This document shows, in pieces, positions 11,950 to 23,489 of a stretch of DNA of 64,000 bases. This stretch comes from Iphione sp. A-MEVVRFRX5. Its lineage: Eukaryota. Below the pieces are notes generated by a model. That model made no database searches and was not told the DNA's origin. It saw only the letters and a list, made by a program, of their open reading frames with translations. How positions within the stretch are numbered: the first letter of the stretch is position 1; each line of letters opens with the position of its first letter. The position numbers and the translations under genes were made by a program. Location of the stretch: contig OZ320313.1 of NCBI GenBank assembly GCA_976226885.1, forward strand, positions 121,892,001 to 121,956,000, given 5' to 3'.

Positions 11950-12543
11950 AATGTCAGTGGCTACTGATGACAAGGAACAGGACATTGTCGTCAGACAATA
12001 GCTGACCCTCCTGGGTCTCCAGTATTCCTTAGTAACCATGTAGAAGTCACACATACGGTTTATTTTTACATACCGGTGATGGAAGTGTCCTGACAGTGTC
12101 AATGCCCGTGTTGATGTCATTGACGATGCCACCGTTTTCTGCGACAGCCACATCTCTAACCGTATGCCATGGCTTACTGTATAGGAGATAAAGTGTGTAA
12201 CATTAAAACAATAAAAAAAGATACATGTAAGTTGTGACATGTAGGTAAATTGTCAACGGTAGGGCCTGAGTGATAATGGAAGAAATAAGATACTTGCAGA
12301 CGCTAACTTAGGGCATTTCTTGACGGAGCATATATATTGTTATTATGGGATAGGCGTTCCTCCTAAAAATACATACATCTTAAATTAACATCTTAACTAT
12401 TCTGCAATGAATTAGGAGATAGATCAACAGACTTATACAAACTCATTGTGTTCGTCCTCTACGCACCGAAGTACATAGTGCAGGTCAACCTCCTTCCTTG
12501 AGTTGCTGGACTCCCACGTATTAGTAAAATGAGGGACGGGCTA
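11950..12543 (-). other. Candidate short host exons (unidentified protein)
   Basis: Open minus-strand segments bounded by AG/GT (e.g. tatacag|taagcc...caccg|gtatgt at ~12177-12075; acccag|gagggt at ~12011). No TE motifs and no recognisable protein family. Confidence 0.3.
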
Positions 12544-13182
12544 ACCGGGGTCGGAATTATTTTGCAGAAGAAAGAATAAAATACCATAAAGTGGGGTTAC
12601 TTGAGACGGTGAGTAACTTGAGACAACAGCCTACTTTTTGACTATAAAAGTGCTCTTAAATATATAATTTAAATTATAGCAAAATCTTATAGGTACTTAT
12701 CAAGGTGTGGCTGCTATTAATACCAATCATTTGAATATGAATGACATTTCTTATCACTTAGGAAAATTGTTGTTAAAATGGAGTAAAAGTATAATAATTG
12801 ATCATATAAAAGTATAACTGTGCATAATTTTGGCCACAGAGAATTAAGTCATGTACTTTTTTGTTTGAAGTTATATTTTGTGAGAAACTCCATTTGTTTT
12901 TAAATATAATTATGTAATAGTTCAATTCATCCTAATTGCATTTTCTACCATTTTCTCAAGTTACTCTAGGTAAGCGATGTGTTTGAAAATTTCATTCACA
13001 TGGCTACCAATTTTGAAATACCATACCCGGTACACAACTACCCCAGTCAGGAATGTGACCTCACACTGAGCTAACAGTGACCTCATATTATGAGCCCATG
13101 CTGAACTCAATTTGTAACCTCACAGTGAACTCACAACAATATGGAAGTTAAAAAAAAAACTCCTATGAAGATTATTACATAA

Positions 13183-13376
13183 TGTTGTATCCTTCAGTAT
13201 TTAAACTGGATATTTAGGTTATTTTATAAGAGATAGACAACAGCACTACATGCTTGGTGGAGGTGGTGGAGCTAACTGGTTTATTCTGAAGGTTGCCACC
13301 AGGGGTGGGAGTATACACCGGGTAACTCATATAGAGGTAGTTACTTATAACCAATATAGTATTAATAAACATAACA
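13183..13376 (-). repeat. 3' LTR
   Basis: TG...CA, direct repeat of 18442-18635. Confidence 0.95.
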
Positions 13377-13600
13377 TCCCTCCCTTTTTGGAATAATGCT
13401 TATCACAGAATGTCTCTTGATTAGATTATCAAATGTCTATCAAATGCATACAAATTCCTCCATTCTGATACTTAAAACCTTTATAGAAAAATGTAGACTT
13501 CTTTAATAAAATAGCAAGTCTGGTAGCTTGCTCAGTCAGTTGCACTACGGGATTATTCTGCCCTATGCTAACTGCTGTTCTGGAATATGTGATATCCTTG

Positions 13601-16600
13601 TTACTTCATCACAAAGTCTTTAAACTTGGATGGCACAGTTCTAGACCTCTTCGGTCTGGCGCTCACTGGTGTTGGTGGCAGTTCGGGAGCGCTACTTTGC
13701 TCTTCAGGGGCACTGTCTGGTGCCTCTGCATTCATAGCTTCTGGTGCTGGTAAGCCTTGTTCTTCTGTCTGTGGTTGATGGTACTTGCGCACGTGCGTAC
13801 TGTTTTGATCGTACTGCGTGCCATCTGCAGACTCGATGGTGACTTGATTACCGTTCTTGGACACAACTTTGTATGGCTCGGGTTGGAATGGTGTGTCCAG
13901 TTTGGTTGTTTTCTCTTGTTTCAGCAGGACTACATCTCCTGCTGAGATGTCAGACTCCTGCGCTCTTCTCTTCTTGTCCGTGTAGAGTCTGGCTTTCCCC
14001 TTTTTCTCCGCATCTCGATCCCTGGTATCCTGGTCGAGAAGATCTGATGTCAACTGGGGAAGGTTCATCCGGATCTTCCTGCCAAAGAGTAGTTCTGCGT
14101 TGTCGAGTGGGGTGTGGCATGGTAGGCTGCCACATATGTAGTGACGGCATCCTTCCAGTCTTTCCCTTCAGCTTGCGCAGTCTTCATGCATTTAAGGAGT
14201 GACTGGTTTTGTCGCTCGACCTCTCCGTTTGCTTGTGGCCACTTCGGTGTTACTCGATGGTGCTCAATGCCCATGTCAGCCATATACTTCATGAAGATCT
14301 CGGATTTGAACTGAGGGCCATTGTCAGATGACAGTGACAGGGGTAGGCCGTGTCGAGCAAATATTCTTGACAAACTCTTCACTGTCTTCTCTGCCATTGT
14401 TGATTTCATGACTTCTACCTCGTAGTATCAGCTGTAGTAATCAATGACTACAAGTACGGATTCTCCACTTGGCAGCGGTCCCATGAAATCCACTGCTAGG
14501 TCTTCCCATGGTCCTGCTGGTAGACCAGTGCTTCTCATCGGCTCAGGTGGATTCGGTCGACTCACCACCTGGCAACTATGACACGATCGGCAGAATTTTT
14601 CGACATCCTTTTCCATTCCTGGCCACCAAACCTTGGTTCACAAGTTCTGTTTGGTGCTGACGATTCCGAGATGTCCCTCATGTGCTAGGCTCATTATCCT
14701 CTGTCACAGGCTGCGTGGCACTACGATGCGTGTGCCCCTGAGCACTAGCTTTCCGATTATGCAGAGCTCATTGCTGATTGCTCGCATCAGCTTCTGACTA
14801 CAGGTGTCCCACTTGCCAGTCCTGATGCACTTTCGGATCTCCTTGAGATCTGCGTCTTCACCTGATGCATTTTCACCCTCGCGGGTTGTCAGGGCTCTTG
14901 GCGTTGCGGTGATGGCGACAAACTTCACATATTCTTCGGCCTGCGTTCCGAAGCTAGACTTACTCCTGGTCGAAGTGAATAGTCTTGAGAGTGGGTCAGT
15001 GATGTTCTTCGCCCCGGGAATGTGGACTACTTTGAACTGGTAGGGTTGCATCCGCAATACCCATCGCTCAACTCTCACACATGGCTTGGATCGTGGTGAA
15101 TATATCGCCTCCAGTGGCTTGTGGTCGGTGAGAAGGTCGAACTCGATACCATAGAGGTATGGATGAAACTTCTCGCATGCCCACACCAATCCAAGTGCTT
15201 CTTTCTCCATCTGGGAGTACCGTCTTTCGACGTCAGTTAGGCTCCGGCTGGCATAACTGATCTCCTTGGAGCATCTGTCTTGTTCTTGGATCAGAACTGC
15301 TCCCAGACTGACTGGACTTGCATCTGCGATGACCTTCGTCTTGGCGTTCAGATCGAAGTATCCGAGGGTCTTTGCACTCGCCAGTGCTTCTTTCAGCCTC
15401 CGGAATGCTTCTTTCTGGTCTTCCCCGAACTCGAACTTCTTGTTCTTCCTGGTGAGCTCACGCAATGGTTCTGCTAGCGTCGCAAAGTTTGGGATGAATC
15501 GAGAACAGTAGTTCACAAGTCCCAAGAAGCTCCTCACTTCATTCATGTTCTCCGGCTCTCTCACCTGGACCACGGCTTCTACCTTGTCCTTCATTGGGTC
15601 GATTCCTTTGTCGGACAGCTTGTGTCCCATGAATGTCAGCTGCGACTTGCTGATCTGACACTTTTCCTTGTTCAGTGTTAGTCCGGCGTTCCTCAATCTG
15701 TTGAGTACCTGTCTCAGTCGCTTGTCGTGCTCAACTTGATCGCATCCATGGACAATGATGTCATCGGAGATGTTCGCCACACCGGGTATGCCTTGCACTA
15801 CCTTGTGGATCTCGTGCTGGTAAATCTCCGACGCTGCATTGATTCCAAACAACAGCCTCTTGTACCTGTACAGGCCACAGTGTGTCACGAATGTCGTGAT
15901 GTTGCGTGAATCGGGATGAAGTTCCAGCTGGTGGTACCCATAGCGCAGATCCAGTTTGGAGAAAATGCGACTCTGGCTCATCTCCTGCAGTACTCATCGA
16001 TGGTCGGGATCGGGTGTTTCTCTCGCATAACTGCTTCGTTGACGCGGCGCATGTCAATGCAGAGACGGATCTCCCCGTTTGCCTTCGGAACCACCACAAC
16101 AGGGCTCACCCATGCCATTGGTTCCTCTACGGGCTCAATGATGTCCTTGTTGATGAGTTCCTAGACCTTTGCTTTGACTTTCGCTCAAAGTCCAAATGGC
16201 GTTCTTCTCACTGGCTGGGCTATCGGCTTCACCTCTGGGTTGATGCTCAGCTTCACCTGCCATCCCTTCAGCTTACCGATTCCGTCGAATACTTCAGTGA
16301 ACTCCTTCTCCAGGTCCTCCTTGGACGTGACGGCCTGCACATCTATACCGATCTTCAGCATCTGGAGTTCGGTCGCTGTCTTCTTGCTGAGGAGTGGTGG
16401 TCCGGTGCCCTTGATGACCACAAACTCAGCTTTCGTCTCGTGACTGCCTGCTTTGACAGTTGCTTCAAAGGTGCCCAGCGTCTCGAATGGCTTGTCACCT
16501 GCATACGGGTAGAGACGCTTAGTGCATTTCCTTGATTTGCACTTAATCTGCTTTGCCTTCAGCTCTTCCCACAGCTTCTGGTCAATGATGTTGCTGTCAC

Positions 16601-17550
16601 TCCCGGAGTCAACGATCACTCCTGTGTCAACACCACCAATGTTGATAGTCAGCATATCAGCCTTGAATTTGCTCTTAATGTTAAACATGTGGGTGCCTTC
16701 ATCTGAACTGTCGTCTTCCTCCAGGTGACGCACCTTCGTCTTCTGCTTTCTTGGCTTTTTGTTGCCCTTTTCTTCTCTCTTCTGGGTCTTCCCCTTGGAG
16801 CGGCACATCTTTACGAAGTGGTCTTGCCCTCCGCACTTCTTACATTCCTGTCCCTTGGCTGGGCAGGATGGATCCTTACCGAAGTGTCCCCTGCGTCCAC
16901 ATCAGTAGCATTCGTCACCACCATCCTTGCGTCTTGGCCTTGTATTCTTGGACATAACCTTGCGAACTTCTTGCTTCTCCAGCTTCATCGCCGTAAACTG
17001 GGACTCCATGGCCTCGAATGTTGACGCGATGTTGAGCGTTTCAGGAAGCGTCAGGGTGTCGCCTCGCTCCAGCAACTTGCGACGCAGCTTGTCAGACTTG
17101 CAGTGCTGTACTACCTGGTCACGGATCTGGTTGTTCAGCTCATCTCTGTAATCACAGCCTTCTGACAGCTGCTTCAGTCGACTGACGTACTGGGCGACGG
17201 TCTCCTCACCTTGCTGTGCCTTCCTAAACACATGTCGCTGGTATGTGGCATTTGTCGTTGTGACGTAGTGTTGCCTCAGGGCTGCCAGTGCTGCAGAGTA
17301 GTCCTTCATCTCACCTCGGTCAGGTAGCATCTTGAAGGTCTCCCTCACTGCCGCACCAGCTGTGTAGAGCAGAAGGGCACGTCTCTGCGCCTTGTTGTCA
17401 TCGGATTCTTCTGTCACGAAGAGTCCCTTGCTGTCTGCATAAGCCTCAAAACTCTTCAATCCACGCCTTCCAGCGGACGCTGACAATGGTGGCGTCTCCA
17501 GTCGGGTCGAACGGCTTCATACCCCGCATATCGCTTAGGTCGATACCAGC
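13601..17550 (-). pseudogene. gag-pol of the Gypsy element (gag, Zn knuckles, protease, RT, RNase H, integrase)
   Basis: gag RALLLYTAG/YQRHVFRK; CGRRGHFGKDPSC; protease VDSGSD; RT SKLDLRYGYHQL, NISDDII; RNase H ADASPVSLGAVL, TDHKPL; integrase HEGH..CHSC, SDNGPQF, PQANGEVER. Several TGA stops at Arg (CGA) positions plus frameshifts. Confidence 0.95.
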
Positions 17551-18441
17551 CATATCTCAACAAGCACAGTAAATGTGACAGAATAAATGTCAAATAAATA
17601 TCACTGACCTGGTTTCGTGGTCTCTCCTCCTGTATACAACACAGTAATAACAGGGAGAAATAAATGGTAAAGGTTCTCTACCTCAGGTCAGGGTCACACA
17701 CAAAGTGATAGGCACACACAAATACAGATTAAACCTTCAAAGTTCTTCAATCTCAATGTCCTCTTCTTACGCTGAGCAGTATTCAAACTTCCACAATTCT
17801 TCAAAATCTTCTGCACATATATTTGCAAAGTTTTCTTCAATGTTCCTCTAAGTTGCCAATATTGTCACACATCAAAGTTGTATATAAGTTTGTTTAGGAA
17901 CTTCCCGGGGTCATCAACAACACACTCAAGCAGTTCCCACACTCTTAGATAGACCTCACCAACTTTGACAGCTTTTGCGCGACTTCTCCAGGGTGACCAC
18001 GCCTACTCACGCTATGTTTTCCCGCCAAATCAGCGATACGACGCTACCAGTGGTCTCCCAAGGGATTTGAGCCTCTCCAGCTGACCTAGCGTGGCCTGGG
18101 TATCCTCTTACACTGTCCTTTACGCTATGATCGCAATTTCCGTGCTACGATCGCAATTTTGGCCTTATATCCACAATTTCTTCACATATAACACTTCAGG
18201 GATGTAAAAGAACCTTTCCTCAGTGTCTACCAACACTCTTGTCTTGATATCTTGTCTCCTTTTACAAGAATTCACAGCATCTAAGCTCACTGAAAGTATA
18301 CTTCTTCACTGTTCCTTTGTTTGAGTAGCTCCCTGCATTTAAGCATAAAGTTTCACCTACTTCACTTCTCCTTTGATTTGACTCACTCAAACTTATTCCA
18401 GAGTGTCCTGAGGTGTCTCCTGTCTTTATCCTCGTCACCAA

Positions 18442-18635
18442 TCTTGTATCCTTCAGTATTTAAACTGGATATTTAGGTTATTTTATAAGAGACAGACAAC
18501 AGCACTACATACTTGGTGGAGGTGGTGGAGCTAACTGGTTTATTCTGAAGGTTGCCACCAGGGGTGGGAGTATACACCGGGTAACTCATATAGAGGTAGT
18601 TACTTATAACCAATATAGTATTAATAAACATAACA
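18442..18635 (-). repeat. 5' LTR
   Basis: Direct repeat of 13183-13376, adjacent to the PBS. Confidence 0.95.
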
Positions 18636-18640
18636 CATAA

Positions 18641-19678
18641 TTATGTAATCATACCTGTATTGATCCAATACCAATTTTGTACAGTTAGGTACTGGTTGTA
18701 ATGGCAGATAAAAGCCATTACCTAGCCAATAGTAGCCAATACCTTGTGTGTTTTGTATGATGTAATGGCCCCAGTATTGGTCCAGTATTGGCATTGTTGT
18801 CAGGTAGTGTGCTTGCCACCTAGTAGTGAAAATTCAAAAATAAACAAATCAACAGTCAAAATCAGAAAGGTGTAGTACAGAGGACTATAGAATTGGCACT
18901 TTATAGCTAATTATAGTTTTCTTTCTCAACAAGTTTGTGTGATATTGAACATGAGTAACCAGTGATTCACTAGGACAGTTGCTAGTGCATTGTTAATTTG
19001 AATACAAATGTACATGTATATTTGAAGAATGATTGTAAAATACGCCTGGAATATGGTAGTGGGTTATAATAGGAGACTTTGTAAATTGTGATGAGAAATC
19101 CCACTAAAGATAACTGTAATGGACCTGTACTGGACCAGTACAGTTGAAGATAATGCTCCAGTACAGGCTATGTACTGGGCCAGTACAGATCAATATAGGG
19201 TCCTGAATGTCAGGCCTTGATGACAAACTAGAGGATGAGGCAACATGCAAAAGAACCATGGGTAAACCTTAATCAATTGCCAGTACTGGGCTAGTACCAT
19301 TATAATTGCACTGTTCCTGTAGTATATATTCCAGTACAGGGTCAATAGCCAATCTACACTGCACCTATGCAGGACTTTCAGTACTGGGCCATTAGGCAGC
19401 CAATTTCCATTTCTGTACATGTCCAGTACTGATAGCCTGTACTGGACCGTTATCATAAACTGTACTAGTCAAGTATGGGTCCATTACAGTCATATGTTTT
19501 CTAGGCCAGTACAGGGCTGATACTAGACTGGTACTGCACCTGTACAGGAGTGCTAGTACTGGGCCATTGAGCAGCCAATTTGCATTTCAGTACCGGCCCA
19601 GTGCTCATGGCCTTTACCGGACCATTATCTTAAACTGTATTGGTCCAGTACCAGTCCATTACAGTAATGTTTACTGGG
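18641..19678. mobile_element. CAGTAC-rich palindromic non-autonomous element ending ...GTTTACTGGG (EnSpm/CMC-like termini, tentative)
   Basis: Internal inverted repeat actgtaatggacctgtactggaccagtacagtt (~19113) vs aactgtattggtccagtaccagtccattacagt (~19633). A second copy in the opposite orientation lies at 37767-38530 + 42875-42939. Confidence 0.6.
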
Positions 19679-20379
19679 AACCTCTTTAAGGTGCAGACCA
19701 TTGTTATTAGTCAATATCTCAAGTAACCCCAAAGCTGTCTCAAGTAACCCCAAAGTCCGGTAACTTGAGATGCTTGAAGTTACTTAAGATAGCCTTTAAC
19801 TTTTAGGTGAAAAATTGAATCCAGTCAATATTGAAATATTTGATAAATATACAGCTATATTAGAGTGAACATGTCATCCAAGAAACAATGATATTAGTGT
19901 TTGGAAAGTTAATTTAACTAAGTTTTTTTTAGATAGAGACCACTGTTAATAGTGACTATCTCAAGTTTCCCCAAGTTGTCTGAAGTTACCCCAAAGCTGG
20001 GGTAACTTAAGACAACTGTTATGTAAAAAAATAATATACTAAGGATTCTATATTTTTCAAAGCTTTAACAATATTCAAATCTACATTAGGTTTCTCTATC
20101 ATATTTAATTAATACCTCAAACTTATTATGTTAAATATTTTTGATAATTCAAAAAAACCTTAAAAACTCTCTCAAGTAACCCCACTTTATGGTAGCTGGT
20201 GATGTGTAAAGTTTCTTTTTTAAAAAAATGTTTCCTTAGGCTGAAATAATTTTTTTTAAAAACGTGCATCAATAAATTGTCATGGGACCTAACCATAGTC
20301 ATAAAACCTGCTGACAATGGAGATGCAATAGTACCATAGTCCCAAATACTGAGGACTATGCTGCAGTAGCACAGAAAAA

Positions 20380-20582
20380 ACTTTCTAACATCACTAACTA
20401 CTTCCTGCTAACCTCTAATCCCACATGCGTCTTTAACCAGGAAAATAATGCCACTCTGTGGAACCTACACACATTAATCAGTTCTTGATGCAGCCCCCAA
20501 TTCTACACCCTCCCCAAAATCCATAAGAGTCTCACACCTCCCCCTCCAGCCACCCAACATCTCTGGCAATGGCTCCCCCACA
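20380..20582 (+). pseudogene. Penelope-like (PLE) RT relic, piece 1
   Basis: FYTLPKIHKSLTPP...SGNGSPT. Confidence 0.75.
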
Positions 20583-20751
20583 TGGTGAAATGGTATTGTA
20601 GTTATGTATAGAGTGGAGATGAGTGTTTTATTTTAGTAGCTTTTATTTCAACCTAGGCACATGGTTGGCAACAGGAAGTAGCAGTGAGGCAAAAGACCTA
20701 GTAAGTAAAGCTGAGTGGCTGTAAATTTGCCATAAGGTGGCAGCACTGCAT

Positions 20752-21169
20752 GGACCCATCAATTGAAAATCCATTGAAAACAGATGGTGCTAGTTAATTT
20801 GACTTATATATGCTCTTCCTCTACATTGATTGAGAGTGTGTAGTAAATGCTATGTAAAATGTATCATTTTGACCTGCTCCAGTTCTCATATTTCTCCTCA
20901 GAAATCTCTGATAATTTGGGCAAGTGATCCATAACATGGTATCTATACATATGCCAAACCATTTTCTCCTAACTTTTGTGGTTTCTTAACAGCAACAGGA
21001 GAAACATCTACCTCTATCTTCTAGTCTGTCAGCTAAGCCATGTGGCACTGTTTGTGGAAGGAGGATTTTTTACTGCCCACGTGCAGATTGCTAGTTCCTA
21101 TAGCAACCAGCCATGCCTCTTCCCAAAAGGTAAAACATGCCTCGTCATAACTCAAAAATCGATGGGTCC
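20752..21169. mobile_element. 418-bp MITE with AT target duplication in the left LTR
   Basis: ctgcAT|ggacccatc...gatgggtcc|ATtgggtgg. The empty site in the sister LTR reads ctgcATtgggtgg (27251-27263). Confidence 0.85.
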
Positions 21170-23135
21170 ATTGGGTGGATATCACAATATCCCCCTAATC
21201 AGAGTTAAGAGATAAATCTGATAACGATGTATGTGTATAAAATGTTTGTCATTGGTGACTGTTAGATTATTTGACGGGTAAGAGTCCGAGTAAACCTTGA
21301 TACTATAATCTCTCTCTAATGAATATTATGGTTTGCTAGTGAGTAACACTGTTCTTTATGACATCTGTCACTAAACTAAGCTATGAAGGTTGGTAGACTG
21401 CTCATAACAGGATCCACATGAAGGTGTTATTCTGACCTCTTTGCCAGGTGGTCCCTATCTATTTTGACCTGTATCACACAGCTTTTCTCATGATATGGCC
21501 AGAATGAGTTGTTGTGGCATCCTTGTGCTGTTGTGCGAGTGACTCTGCATTGGGGGTCACAGGTGGCTTTGGATGGTCTGGAGCAACTGGAGTGGTAGCA
21601 TGTTCATGCTGTTGGGGGTGCCTCTAATTCAGGACACTCTGCAGCTCCTTCCTGAAGCTGTGATCTATTTCGCTTTATTTGTGTTCCTGCTGGGGTCTGC
21701 ACAATGTAGGACCTTGGCTCAGAACACTTTTCAATGACAGTTCCTGGGCACCATGTCTGTGATGGCTTGTCCATGATGTGCATTTTCTGTCTAGGACTCA
21801 GTGGTTGAAGCTCATGTTTCCTAGCCCTGCAATCATGGTATTAATTGTTCTTGTGCTGTTTCACTTCCATCCTCTGTTTGTCTTGTTCCTCTCTTTACTC
21901 TAAGTGAGATGGTAGCATAGTAGACAGTTTGTGGTTCATAAGTAGCTCTCCTGGCGATGGTCATTTTAGATCGATTGGAGTTGCACGGATGTTCAGCAGA
22001 GCTTTATTGATGTTTTGTCTGTTCTTCAAGCTTTTCTTGATCACTGGCTTGATCTCTTATATCTGACTTTCAATGAACCTATTTGACTGAGTGTAGTGGG
22101 GTGATGATGTTATATGTTTTATATCCTATTTGCTACAGAGCTTTTTGAAGGCTTCTCCTGAAAACTGGGGTCCATTGTCAGATTGGATCCCATCAGGCCA
22201 TCCAAACATATCAAAAGTTTCTTCTGTCAATCTAGAGACAGAATCAGACGTGACAGGACATTCAATTTCTTTAACCAAAGGGTATTTTGAGAAGTAATTA
22301 GACAGAATGATGAAGTATCTGCCCTTGATCTCAAAGAGGTCAGCACCAAGCATCTTCCATGAGGTGTGTGGCACTTCTGTTGGCAGGAGTAGTTTCTTTC
22401 TTTAGGCATCTTGCACTTCTTGGCACAAAGGACAATTCTTAACCATCTTTTTGATGTCTTCATTTATATTTGGCCAGTATACAGTGTCACAGGCCAACAT
22501 CCTTGTCTTTTTACCTTGGTGTCCTTCATGGAGTTGTTTTAGGATGTCTTCTTTCATTGATTAAGGAATAAGTATCTGTTTTCCTTTGAAGATAAGCAAT
22601 CTTCTAGCCTCAGTGCATCTCTGTATGACCCGAATGACCTCAGGGTTGTAGGCAGCTGTTTGATGCTTTCTGGCCATTCTTGATATATCACCTTAGCTAG
22701 TGTGTTCTCCGGGGCAGTATTGGATGGTAGAGTCATAATCCTGGACACGCAACAGCATCCTTTGCAGCCTAGGTGGGGCAGTTGCAATGGGCTTGGCACA
22801 CAACATCTCTAGTGGTTTGTGGTCAGTGATGATGGTGAACCTTCGGCCATACAGGTATGAGCTGAAACATTCAATTCTGTGGACTACTGTGAGAATTTCT
22901 CTTTCGATGTTGTTGTAGTTGGCTTGTGTCTTAGTTAGGGTCTTTGATGCAAATGCAATAGGCCTGTTGTCTTGCACTAGACAGGCTCCGAGCCCTTCAT
23001 GAAAGCATCAACTTCTAGTATCAGTGACTTGTTGACATCACAGTATGCAACACATCAGGCAGATAAGGCTTGTTTTAGCTCTTCAAAGGTCGCCTGGTGG
23101 TGTACGTCCCATGCAAAGGTTACTTCCTTCTTTAA

Positions 23136-23489
23136 CCCTATAAGGGTGGGTGATGTCTGAGGGCATTCCCAGGCAAAAGCCTGATAATGCCAGAGGCATT
23201 CCCATGTAAAGGCGAAGGATGCCTTCAGGCATCATGGACCAGGGTATAGTTTTAGAGTATTCCCAGAATTTTTATGATTTTTTTCCTTAAAGAATACATC
23301 CAAAATAGCCATAATTATGCCATTTTCTATGATTAGCACCAAGAAATCATTCTAATTTTTATACTTTTTATGTAACAGGCTGTGAAATATCATCATTTAA
23401 TAATATCCCTTGCCCTTTTGAAGGATATCTAACCAGATATCCTCGCCCTGTAGGGCAGTTAACTAATACCTGGTCTAGCCCTGAATGGG
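23136..23489. mobile_element. 354-bp piggyBac-type MITE in Gypsy pol
   Basis: TTAA at 23132-23135 and 23490-23493, CCC/GGG termini. Excision restores ELLKKEVTFAWD. Confidence 0.85.

Larger units (their letters stand above)
13183..18635 (-). mobile_element. Full-length Ty3/Gypsy (Mag / K02A2.6-like) LTR retrotransposon, disabled
   Basis: 194-bp LTRs at 13183-13376 and 18442-18635 (3 mismatches), CATAA TSD. PBS TGGTGACGAGGAT (18428-18440), complementary to the tRNA-Ser(GCU) 3' end with one wobble. PPT at 13377-13390. Confidence 0.95.
12584..20192. mobile_element. Tc1/mariner-type non-autonomous DNA element (TA flanks) expanded by nested insertions
   Basis: Perfect 25-nt inverted match including TA: taccataaagtggggttacttgaga (12582) vs tctcaagtaaccccactttatggta (to 20194). 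ctcaagtaacc subterminal repeats. Confidence 0.75.

Noticed and set aside
18428-18440. tRNA genes at tRNA-complementary stretches (also 26331-26346, 56444-56453)
   Set aside because: Only 10-16-nt primer-binding sites next to LTRs; no cloverleaf.
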